Assembly: GCA_041740355.1 (NCBI GenBank)
Contig: JBGSMD010000042.1
Coordinates: 1 to 16,223 of the forward strand
Reading direction: 5' to 3'
DNA length: 16,223 bases
Source: Bdellovibrionota bacterium
GTDB lineage: Bacteria > Bdellovibrionota_C > UBA2361 > CALJRW01
The translations under genes were made by a program, and so were the position numbers. Below the pieces are notes generated by a model. The model worked only from the letters and a program-made list of their open reading frames with translations, made no database searches and was not told the origin of the DNA. How positions within the stretch are numbered: position 1 is the stretch's first letter; each line of letters opens with the position of its first letter. Positions 1 through 8,289 of this stretch are shown piece by piece.

Positions 1-141
1 TATGACAAAAAATAAATTACGTATAGTTAAAATAAAGTTACTTGTTTTTTGTCATAACTATATAATTTTATTATCCCTCCGGGGGATAGATAGCTCCAAA
101 AAGTAATTTACTTACGTAATTTATTTTTTGGACTCTCTATA
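1..141 (+). mobile_element. MITE-like palindromic element, type 1, copy a (first ~6 nt cut off by window edge)
   Basis: TATGACAAAAAA..TTTTTTGTCATAACTATA hairpin (1-62), linker, TATCCC-TCCGG-GGGATA palindrome (72-88), and ATAGATAGCTCCAAAAAG..TTTTTGGACTCTCTATA hairpin ending at TATA 138-141. Colinear with 138-284 and with the reverse complement of 16076-16223. Confidence 0.8.
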
Positions 142-284
142 GTTATGACAAAAAATAATTTCCCTAAATGTTTAAAAGCTAGTTTTGTGTTTTTGTCATA
201 GCTATATGATTTTATTATCCCTCGGGGGGATAGTAAGCCCCAAAAAGTAGTTCCCAAAGGAAATTACTTTTTGGGCTTACTATA
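138..284 (+). mobile_element. MITE-like palindromic element, type 1, copy b (tandem with copy a, sharing TATA 138-141)
   Basis: TATAGTTATGACAAAAAA..TTTTTGTCATAGCTATA (138-206), TATCCC..GGGATA (216-232), ATAGTAAGCCCCAAAAAG..CTTTTTGGGCTTACTATA (230-284). Period of about 143-144 bp relative to copy a. Confidence 0.8.
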
Positions 285-298
285 TTTGATCGTTCGTA

Positions 299-2170
299 AT
301 GAAAAAACTGAAATCACTTACTTTAATTCTTGTTCTTATCAGTCCAACACTATTATTTGCTGAGAACAACAAAATACCAGGAATCACAATCAGTGACTCT
401 GCTGTAGCTATTCTCGATCCAATTGGAACCTATGCCACTCCAGTCTCTGTCTTAAATTATGACCCACGAGTTGATCTACAAGAACGTAATCTCACAGAAG
501 GACAAGCTGATATTGCTATTCGCGGGGGCACTTTTGAAGGTACAGGAGTTAAAATTGGTTCAGTTGGACTTTTAGATCCACAAACAGGTCATTATGTAGC
601 TGAGCTACCATTTTCCCCAATGATGCTATCTCGACCTGAAGTTTTAACAGGACTTGATAATACGATTTATGGTTTTAATGCTACAGCAGGTACGATTAGT
701 TATGGGCTAAAAGCAATCAAAGATGACATTAATCTAAGAACTGCCGTTGGTACACATAATCTAAACCTGCAAGAAGGATATGTTGCCAAACAAGATCTAA
801 TAAATAATGGAACTGGGAGTTTGAATTTGGACCTTGATGCTGCTCATTCTGAAATGGATGGAACTAGAGCAAATGGTCAACATGATTTTGAAAGATTTAG
901 TGGAAGACTTCAGTGGATTAATACTAGGAGCCAAACAGACTTAATGTTTGGTTATCAAGATAAATATTTTAATTGGCCCTATCTTTACGCACTCCCAGAA
1001 CTACATAATGCGATCGGAAGTAGTGGTGTAGAATCGGAAAGCCTACGAACATCACTCGCCTTATTTAATCATCGAGTGGAATACAACGATCAGGACTATT
1101 TCGAGGTAAGTTCTTACTTTCGCGAACACAAAGATAACTATGAACTTGATGTTAGTCGTCCAGCACTATTTAACCAATATCGGCATAAAAGTGAGGTATA
1201 CGGAACAGGGTTCAGTGGTGAAAACAAAATGCAAACTTTTGATCTAAAGTATACCGGACAAGTTATTTTTGAAGACTTAGATTCTAGTGCGTTAACTTAC
1301 AATGAATTTAACACAAGGAGCTTTGGTAAATTTGCGTTAACTCCCGAAAAGACAATTACCTTAACAGAGACAGACAACCTAATTTTTACTGCTGGAACTG
1401 CTTATGATCGCAGCGATCGCGATGACTCTGAATTCTCTCCTGTCGCTGGAGCAACTTGGGACTTTGATAATGAATTTAGCAAAGAACAAAAACTCTATTT
1501 GGAATACGCTAAATCGACTAAAGTTCCTGGATATACAGCTCTAGCTTCTAACCCGACTGCCGGCCTCTTTAAAGGTAATCAAGATCTTAGTCGTGAGAAC
1601 AGTCATAATATCGAACTAGGTTATGACCTTAATCGTGGATCTATTCAAACACATATTGCATCCTTCTATCGTCAAGATCTAAACTTAGTTGATTGGACTT
1701 ATAGTAGCGCGACACAACCTTTTGCCTCGCGAACAGCAACCAATGTTGATATCGATGTTTATGGAATCGAGAGTTTTGTTTCTAAAAAATGGAATAAGCT
1801 TAATCTAGTCCTGGGTTACACCTTCTTGAAAAAAAATGAAGATTACTCGTCCACGGACATTGATGCCAGTTTTTATGCTTTAAATTATCCTAACCATCGC
1901 TTCACAACTTCACTAATCTACAACATTGAAGATAATTTGGTCTTTCGAGTTGATAACGAATATCGTAAACAAGAAGATAATTTTTTAAGAAATTCGGAAG
2001 AACAGACCATCTTTACGGCTGTAAGCACTTCATGGACCATTCCTGACTATGAGCAAATCTCCTTATTCCTAGCTGTAGATAATCTTTGGAAGGTCAATTT
2101 CGAGGACATTCCAGGTGTCCCAGGGCGTGGTCGCCTATTCAGTGCAGGATTAAATTATAAATTAAACTAA
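299..2170 (+). CDS. TonB-dependent outer-membrane receptor (BtuB/CirA-like, substrate unknown)
   Basis: 623 aa with an N-terminal signal peptide (MKKLKSLTLILVLISPTLLFA), plug-domain motifs (DIAIRGG, EVLTG..NTIYG..ATAGTISY), amphipathic beta-strands, and a C-terminal TBDR signature (VDNLW..PGRGRLFSAGLNYKL). Confidence 0.9.
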   Translation: MKKLKSLTLILVLISPTLLFAENNKIPGITISDSAVAILDPIGTYATPVSVLNYDPRVDLQERNLTEGQADIAIRGGTFEGTGVKIGSVGLLDPQTGHYVAELPFSPMMLSRPEVLTGLDNTIYGFNATAGTISYGLKAIKDDINLRTAVGTHNLNLQEGYVAKQDLINNGTGSLNLDLDAAHSEMDGTRANGQHDFERFSGRLQWINTRSQTDLMFGYQDKYFNWPYLYALPELHNAIGSSGVESESLRTSLALFNHRVEYNDQDYFEVSSYFREHKDNYELDVSRPALFNQYRHKSEVYGTGFSGENKMQTFDLKYTGQVIFEDLDSSALTYNEFNTRSFGKFALTPEKTITLTETDNLIFTAGTAYDRSDRDDSEFSPVAGATWDFDNEFSKEQKLYLEYAKSTKVPGYTALASNPTAGLFKGNQDLSRENSHNIELGYDLNRGSIQTHIASFYRQDLNLVDWTYSSATQPFASRTATNVDIDVYGIESFVSKKWNKLNLVLGYTFLKKNEDYSSTDIDASFYALNYPNHRFTTSLIYNIEDNLVFRVDNEYRKQEDNFLRNSEEQTIFTAVSTSWTIPDYEQISLFLAVDNLWKVNFEDIPGVPGRGRLFSAGLNYKLN

Positions 2171-2250
2171 TTACAAATTAAGACTGTTCTGTTAATCTGT
2201 AAACGAATAGATTAGTCCTTAAGAACTTAGTATTTAGCTTCCTTTCTAAA

Positions 2251-2454
2251 TATAGTATAAACAAGAGTGAATTTCCGAAGAATTTATGGTAATTCCTTTT
2301 GCTTAACTATGGTTTTTGTTTTTAGGAATTCAAACTTGAATCCTTGTCAGCTGTTGCTACCGCGAAAGAAGAAGTATCGGGAAGACTAGGGTTGAAAAGC
2401 CAGAGTCTCAAAAAACTACTTCCATAAGGCCAACTCTTTTTTGGATTCACTTTA
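2251..2454 (+). mobile_element. Degenerate (old) copy of the same MITE-like family
   Basis: Starts TATAGTATAAACAAGAGTGAATTTCC (compare TATAGTTATGACAAAAAATAATTTCC). Contains GTTTTTAG..CAAACTTGAAT (compare type 2 GTTTTTAG..CAAACTTGGAT). Ends with GAGTCTCAAAAAA..CATAAGG..TTTTTTGGATTCACTTTA hairpin. Confidence 0.6.
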
Positions 2455-2494
2455 AACTATACTATATTGCGATAGAAATCATGATTTTTAATAT

Positions 2495-3526
2495 TTGGAC
2501 AAAGTGAGCAGTAAAAATTTTCAACTAATACTGGAATCAATTCCAACAGAGGATACTGAGAATCTCACTCAAATCAAGACTATTCTGTTAACAGATCTAT
2601 CATTTGACTTAGAACAAGCAAAGGAGATTATTGAGAATCTGCCGAGTCCCATTGCCACTTCGGATGACCTTAGAATCCTTCATTCTTTTTCAGCTCTTTT
2701 TGCAAATACAGGGGCAATTCTAGATATTCTCCCAATCGTCGAAGAAACTATAATCCCAGCCAGTGTTAATTTCTTTGCAGAAAACATTGATAATAAATTA
2801 AACCCTGAGCAAGTCATTCAAGGCAAAGCAATTAGTCATAAAGATTACTCACTTTTTGAAGTCAATAAAAGCGACCGAACGACAAATGGCAAAGTTAACT
2901 TACTTACAAACAATCCGATTATTTTTAACTCACTGATCAGCATTTTTTTTGCAAGTATCATGCTCGGTTTTTCTTTTTTAATCTTTTCTGACAAGCCAAT
3001 CGTGGACACATCAGCGCAACTACGAGAACAAATTAAATTATTACAAAAAGAAGCCTTAGATAATAAGCCGACTGTCGAAAAATTTATTACGGAAGATATA
3101 TATCTAGCTAAGTTTGTTATTGCGGGAATTAACTTTGAATGTTCTGTGGCAAAGAGCAGTAACAATTTAATAAGTAGTATTACAATTGAAGCAAAAAATA
3201 ATAAAGATTCTAACTTAGCTGAAGAGTTTGAAAAAGTTTTAATTAATAATTTACGTGTCAACAACTCAGTCGATAATACATTTACAGCCAGAGGTGTAAT
3301 GAAAATTTACATTAACCAGGCTGGTCAATTAGTTAGACCTACGGCACAAGCTTTTATTGGCGGTTCATTTAATTCAGAAACAGATGAAATTAGTTTAAGG
3401 ATTTTAGTAAATCGTGGCTACGATGTACTTCCAACAGAAGAAAAATTTATTATTGATCCTGTTAACCTAGAAGAGACTAAGATTTTCATCGATCGAAATG
3501 TAGCCCTAATAAAACAAAGCAAATAA
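2495..3526 (+). CDS. Hypothetical bitopic membrane protein; N-terminus resembles a ribosomal L7/L12 C-terminal-like domain
   Basis: 343 aa ORF (TTG start; GTG at 2504 is an alternative). One hydrophobic segment (IIFNSLISIFFASIMLGFSFLIF). N-terminal LSFDLEQAKEIIENLPSPI..TGAILDI pattern. Confidence 0.7.
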   Translation: MDKVSSKNFQLILESIPTEDTENLTQIKTILLTDLSFDLEQAKEIIENLPSPIATSDDLRILHSFSALFANTGAILDILPIVEETIIPASVNFFAENIDNKLNPEQVIQGKAISHKDYSLFEVNKSDRTTNGKVNLLTNNPIIFNSLISIFFASIMLGFSFLIFSDKPIVDTSAQLREQIKLLQKEALDNKPTVEKFITEDIYLAKFVIAGINFECSVAKSSNNLISSITIEAKNNKDSNLAEEFEKVLINNLRVNNSVDNTFTARGVMKIYINQAGQLVRPTAQAFIGGSFNSETDEISLRILVNRGYDVLPTEEKFIIDPVNLEETKIFIDRNVALIKQSK

Positions 3527-3555
3527 TATCTCTTTTGCTAATTTACAATTCCAAA

Positions 3556-4419
3556 ATGAAAAAAACTAGTAACTATCCACTATTCATAATTTCCAGCTTA
3601 TTATTCTTAATAAACAGCATATCCGCAGAAACAATTAATTCAATCGTTGCGACAGTGGAAACACAATCGATTACGGATTATGATCTTAAAAAGTCTCCCG
3701 TCAAAAAATCTCCCACTCTCCTGGATCAGGAAATTTTTACTAAATTAATTAAACTTGATGCCAAGAGAAATGGTATCGCCACTAATGACGAAGAGGTTAA
3801 TTTTTACTTAGAGCAAGTTGCCAAAAATCAAGGGTTAACGAGGGAAGAACTTTTTCAAGAACAAAATAGCAAAGGATTATCAGCCGAAGCAGTGCGCGCC
3901 GAGATGGAATTGGAAATTCTAAAGCAAAAGCTAGCAATGAAGTTATTTCAGAACTCTAAGAGCACCCTTGATAAACAACAATTGGCTGCCAAAATTGCTA
4001 AGGTGGACTTAAGCCAAATAATTATAGATCTATCTAAACATGATAGCTCAGAAGCGAAAGAGCTGGTCAGCAAGATTGAGCTGGGATATGAAAATGGTCA
4101 AACTTTTGAATTATTAGTTGAACAATATTCAGATGCTGTTAATAAAAAAGATAAGGGCCTCCTAGGAGAACTTAGCTGGAAAGATTTAGATCAAAGTTTT
4201 AAAGCTGAATTAGAAAAAATTTCCTCGGGTGAACTTACCCCGCCAATCAAAAAAGGAAATTTAATTTTTATCTTTAAACTAAATCACATTATTAGTTCCG
4301 CAGAGGCTGCGGCATCTGGAGAACCAGAGCAAGAGCTATCTCCCGCGGAAATTAACTCTCTCTTGAAAGAATATTTCAGTAAGGAACTATACAAAAATTA
4401 CTTGGTGGATAAAAAATAG
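3556..4419 (+). CDS. SurA/PpiC-type (parvulin) peptidyl-prolyl isomerase/chaperone
   Basis: Signal peptide from ATG 3556 (MKKTS..). SurA N-domain INSIVATVETQSIT..D. Rotamase-like LSQIII..FELLVEQYSD..KGLLG..LTPPIK..IFIFKL. Confidence 0.85.
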   Translation: MKKTSNYPLFIISSLLFLINSISAETINSIVATVETQSITDYDLKKSPVKKSPTLLDQEIFTKLIKLDAKRNGIATNDEEVNFYLEQVAKNQGLTREELFQEQNSKGLSAEAVRAEMELEILKQKLAMKLFQNSKSTLDKQQLAAKIAKVDLSQIIIDLSKHDSSEAKELVSKIELGYENGQTFELLVEQYSDAVNKKDKGLLGELSWKDLDQSFKAELEKISSGELTPPIKKGNLIFIFKLNHIISSAEAAASGEPEQELSPAEINSLLKEYFSKELYKNYLVDKK

Positions 4420-4557
4420 TTTTCAGTCAGCCTTGATATCGCGATTCACCCAGTTATTTCAACTGATTAGCATAATTATAGGTCCTATTGGTAAGCATGA
4501 CAGAATGCTATTTATTTGCTACAAATGGCTAGTCCATTTAGGGCTTAACCCTATTAT

Positions 4558-4754
4558 TATAGTGATTCCAAAAAATACATTACCTTAAAAGACTAAGGAT
4601 TTTGCTTGGACTCACTACTTATGTTGTTTTTAGCTATGCAAACTTGGATGTCCGCCGTAGCTTTTGCTTTGGCGCGGCAGGAATCCAAGATTTGGATTAG
4701 CCGTAATGACTCTGTTCAATTTACTAAGGTAAATTATTTCTTGTCATTACTCTA
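4558..4754 (+). mobile_element. MITE-like palindromic element, type 2, carrying a ~30 bp GC-rich insert
   Basis: TATAGTGATTCCAAAAAATACATTAC left end and GTAAATTATTTCTTGTCATTACTCTA right end. Colinear with 12083-12250 except for GTCCGCCGTAGCTTTTGCTTTGGCGCGGCAGG (~4650-4681). Confidence 0.8.
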
Positions 4755-4781
4755 AAATCTATAAATTAAAGAAAAATTAAT

Positions 4782-6152
4782 ATGAAAATTCCTGAACATA
4801 TCTTTCGCCAATACGATGTTAGAGGATTTGTAGGTAGTGAAATTACCAATGAATTAGCCTATTTAATTGGACGAGCTTACGCTCAGATGGCAATTAAAGC
4901 TGGCAAAAATCAAATTAGTATCGGGCGTGATTGCCGCGAGAGCTCTCCGGATCTAGCCGCTAATTTAGCACAAGGATTAAATGACGAAGGAATCGATGCC
5001 ATATTAATTGGGGAATGCCCTACTCCGTTAATGTATTGGTCACTATTTAATAGAGAAGTTGGTGGAGGTATTCAAGTTACAGGAAGTCATAATCCCTCAG
5101 ATATGAATGGCTTTAAAATTTGTATGGGTAAAGACTCGCTTCATGGCGAGCAAATCCAAGAGCTGAAACAAATCATTCTAAAACTTAATGACCAAGCTCC
5201 GAATGTAAAAATTAAGGGTAAAACTACCGAAATTAAAATTCATCAAGATTATATTAAAGATATAGTTGATAATTGCCGGCCACACCTCGGGAAAAGAAAA
5301 TTAAAGATTGTTGTTGATGCCGGAAATGGCGTTGGTGGTTTAATTGGCTGTCAGGCTTTAAAAGATCTGGGACATGAAATAATAGAATTATTCTGTGACC
5401 CAGACGGTACTTTCCCAAATCACCATCCCGATCCTACAGTTCCTGAAAATCTTAAACACTTACAGGCAAAAGTCTTAGAAACTAAGGCCGACTTTGGGAT
5501 TGGTTGGGATGGAGATGGAGATCGGATCGGAATTGTAGATGAGCAGGCTCAAGTAATTTATGGCGACATGTTATTACTGATTTATGCTCGTGAAATTCTA
5601 AAAGAAATTCCAACCGCCAAGATTATTGCCGATGTAAAATGCTCTTCCCTCTTGTTTAACGATATTAATAAAAGAGGCGGAACAGCAATCATGTGGAAAA
5701 CGGGCCACTCTTTAATTAAGAGCAAATTGAAAGAAGTTTCAGGTGACCTTGCAGGAGAAATGAGTGGACATATTTTTTTCAAACATCGCTTCTATGGATT
5801 TGATTGCGCCAGTTACTGTTCTGCTCGAATTGCCGAAATTGTCAGTAATACAAACCTGCCCGTGTCTCAACTGTTAGCGGATTTACCAAAAGTCTATAAT
5901 ACCCCAGAATTGAGAATGGACTGCGATGAAGAAACGAAATTTAAGATTATTGAACAAGCTAAGCCTCTCTTTACAGACTATAAAGTTGATACGACAGATG
6001 GCTTAAGAATTGAATTTCCCGATGGCTGGGGACTTGTTCGTGCTTCGAATACGCAACCAATCTTAGTCATGAGATTTGAATCAAGTAATCCTGATAATTT
6101 GAAAAAGTACCAAGACTTGGTGACAGAGAGACTGGCATCAATTAAAGGTTAA
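4782..6152 (+). CDS. Phosphomannomutase/phosphoglucomutase (AlgC-like alpha-D-phosphohexomutase)
   Basis: IFRQYDVRG, catalytic TGSHNP, metal-binding DGDGDR, sugar-binding GEMSGH, RASNTQP motifs. Confidence 0.96.
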   Translation: MKIPEHIFRQYDVRGFVGSEITNELAYLIGRAYAQMAIKAGKNQISIGRDCRESSPDLAANLAQGLNDEGIDAILIGECPTPLMYWSLFNREVGGGIQVTGSHNPSDMNGFKICMGKDSLHGEQIQELKQIILKLNDQAPNVKIKGKTTEIKIHQDYIKDIVDNCRPHLGKRKLKIVVDAGNGVGGLIGCQALKDLGHEIIELFCDPDGTFPNHHPDPTVPENLKHLQAKVLETKADFGIGWDGDGDRIGIVDEQAQVIYGDMLLLIYAREILKEIPTAKIIADVKCSSLLFNDINKRGGTAIMWKTGHSLIKSKLKEVSGDLAGEMSGHIFFKHRFYGFDCASYCSARIAEIVSNTNLPVSQLLADLPKVYNTPELRMDCDEETKFKIIEQAKPLFTDYKVDTTDGLRIEFPDGWGLVRASNTQPILVMRFESSNPDNLKKYQDLVTERLASIKG

Positions 6153-6155
6153 ACA

Positions 6156-7328
6156 TTGGTCAAAACTACATACAAAGCATATCCTCCGGAAGAACATGGA
6201 CTTAAGCTTGCTGATATCGATAGCGATGCTTTAAAGATTATCCATCGTCTTCACCAACATAATCATGAAGCATATATTGTTGGTGGAGGAGTGCGAGACT
6301 TATTGCTAAAGAAAAGCCCAAAAGACTTTGATATTGCAACTGATGCAACACCACAGCAAATTAGAAGAATTTTTCAAAACTGCCGAATTATTGGTAAACG
6401 TTTTAAATTAGCACATATTTATTTCCGTGGCGGAAAAATTATTGAAGTTGCCACCTTTCGTCAATCTAAAGACTTTGACGATGAGACTACAGAAACACCA
6501 GGACTGGCAACAGATGATTGCTATGGAAATATTTCCACAGATGCATTGCGTCGCGATTTAACAATTAATGCTCTCTTCTTTGATCCAAGCGACGGGATGA
6601 TTCACGACTACGTCGGTGGCTTGGAAGATTTTAAAAATCGTATCATTAAGATCATCGGCAAACCAGAAATTCGCTTTCAGGAAGATCCAGTTCGAATAAT
6701 TCGCGCAATTCGGCATGTGGCTCGAACAGGTTTTAAATTAGATCAAAAAACAGCGGAAGGACTACAAAAGACCGCCCCACTACTTAGTAACTGCCCCGGC
6801 TCTAGAATCTTCGAAGAATTTAAGAAAGATTTACTTTCTGGTTACTTTCAAGAGATTCTTGGATTGTTAAACCACTACAAAATATTACCAATCTTCCTAC
6901 CTGAACTAGCCGCCAGAATAAGTGATGACGGAGCACTATTTAAGGATTTAAACTTTTGTATTAAAGGAATAGATCGTCATTCATTAGAGAACAAGTCACC
7001 TAGCTTAAATATTGCTTTAACAATCATTGCTTTATTTAGCAAAAATGATTTTCAACTATCGAGTAAGCTACCAGAGATCTTTATAACTCCTCAAGACTTA
7101 TTAGATTTCTATCGCTCTAGCTACCCAAGTCTTCAGGTACCAAAAAAAATCAAAAGAGATTGTACCGATCTGACGCGCTATATTTGGACGCTAGATAATT
7201 GCCTCCTGAAAGGTAAAAACTTCAAATTAAAAGTAGATGATTTAAAAGATGATTTGAAAATTATCTTGAAAATTTTAAATATCAATCAATCCCGCTCGGA
7301 GCTTAATAAATTGTTTAAGTTTTTATAA
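6156..7328 (+). CDS. pcnB: Poly(A) polymerase I (class II nucleotidyltransferase)
   Basis: VGGGVRD, DFDIAT, RRDLTINA and EDPVRIIR motifs, plus the PAP-type upstream signature IIGKRFKLAHI that distinguishes it from CCA-adding enzymes. TTG start. Confidence 0.88.
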   Translation: MVKTTYKAYPPEEHGLKLADIDSDALKIIHRLHQHNHEAYIVGGGVRDLLLKKSPKDFDIATDATPQQIRRIFQNCRIIGKRFKLAHIYFRGGKIIEVATFRQSKDFDDETTETPGLATDDCYGNISTDALRRDLTINALFFDPSDGMIHDYVGGLEDFKNRIIKIIGKPEIRFQEDPVRIIRAIRHVARTGFKLDQKTAEGLQKTAPLLSNCPGSRIFEEFKKDLLSGYFQEILGLLNHYKILPIFLPELAARISDDGALFKDLNFCIKGIDRHSLENKSPSLNIALTIIALFSKNDFQLSSKLPEIFITPQDLLDFYRSSYPSLQVPKKIKRDCTDLTRYIWTLDNCLLKGKNFKLKVDDLKDDLKIILKILNINQSRSELNKLFKFL

Positions 7329-7334
7329 CTCTGA

Positions 7335-8045
7335 ATGCTCATGCTAAAAAAATATCTTCAAGCACTTCGACTGTCATGGAAGGATTTATACACCCATCCA
7401 ATTGTATTTTTAGGGATTCTTGCCCTACTTCTGGGTTATGCTGTTATCATGAATGTCCTCATTAAATTAAACTTGGGCGTAGCCGGTGGCTTTATATTAA
7501 GTCTTTTAGAGATCGCAGCAATTTCATACTACTTTAATTGGCTAAGCCTTAGTCGTGCACCCCGCGGAATCAAACTAAATGACTTACCTGAATTTAACTA
7601 CAATCTTTTTGTTTCAATTCTAAATGTTGCCTTTGTTCTGTTTATCTGCGACTTAATGCTTAGAAGTTTTGGAGATTCAGAATTAAAAGCTGTGATTATT
7701 TGTGTAAATTTATTGGTTGTAATTTGTTTTAATGCTCTTCCCGAGATTATCAACAAGCATCAATATCAAGGGTTAACTTCTTTTTCCGAGTCTTTAGATT
7801 TCATAAAAAGACGCTGGGTTGAATGGACTATTCCCATGTTACTAGCAATTATTCCAATGCTGATCCTGGCTCCACAACTAGGGCTATTAGAATTTGCTAC
7901 GAGTAACCCACTCAAGCCTTTTCTAATCACACTTAAAAATTACCTAGTATTTGTACCCTTCTTGGGGCTTTTCAGTATAATTCCCTTAGTTATTTTTGCA
8001 CACTGGTTAATGTTATTTAGACGAAGACTATACGATCAGCTCTAA
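7335..8045 (+). CDS. Hypothetical polytopic inner-membrane protein
   Basis: 236 aa with about six hydrophobic segments; starts 6 nt after the pcnB stop. Confidence 0.75.
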   Translation: MLMLKKYLQALRLSWKDLYTHPIVFLGILALLLGYAVIMNVLIKLNLGVAGGFILSLLEIAAISYYFNWLSLSRAPRGIKLNDLPEFNYNLFVSILNVAFVLFICDLMLRSFGDSELKAVIICVNLLVVICFNALPEIINKHQYQGLTSFSESLDFIKRRWVEWTIPMLLAIIPMLILAPQLGLLEFATSNPLKPFLITLKNYLVFVPFLGLFSIIPLVIFAHWLMLFRRRLYDQL

Positions 8046-8289
8046 ACTCTTAACTAGCAATCTCAGCAGAATAGTTTGCCTAAAGCTTCAAAGTAAAGTA
8101 GATATATATTCCATTCCAAAGCTTCTTTCACGCTGTGACTATCTAAAAATCACTAATTTTTAATAGTACATTTATTTGAGAAAATTCTTCAGTACAATAT
8201 TCCAACTCAATGCTTGGATCGTCCTTTTTGAATTAGCCTCACTAAAACGAATGAGCTTTCAGTAAGTCGTTTAATTTCAAAATAAATTA

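Noticed and set aside
1-284. CRISPR array
   Set aside because: Only two ~143 bp units, with inverted arms and conserved interiors. No short direct repeat/unique spacer periodicity and no cas genes.
2310-2410. Cobalamin riboswitch-like words (AGGAA, GGGAAG, AAGCCAGAG) near the TBDR
   Set aside because: The region is downstream of the receptor, lacks the core consensus, and is better explained as a degenerate MITE copy.
2845-3264. 139 aa minus-strand ORF
   Set aside because: Antisense shadow inside the 343 aa gene, with no recognisable motifs.
5582-5782. 66 aa minus-strand ORF
   Set aside because: Antisense shadow of PMM/PGM.
6156-7328. CCA-adding enzyme annotation
   Set aside because: The IIGKRFKLAHI signature favours poly(A) polymerase.
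8046-8289. RNA gene or repeat in the gap before pyrG
   Set aside because: No tRNA fold, MITE end or convincing structure seen.
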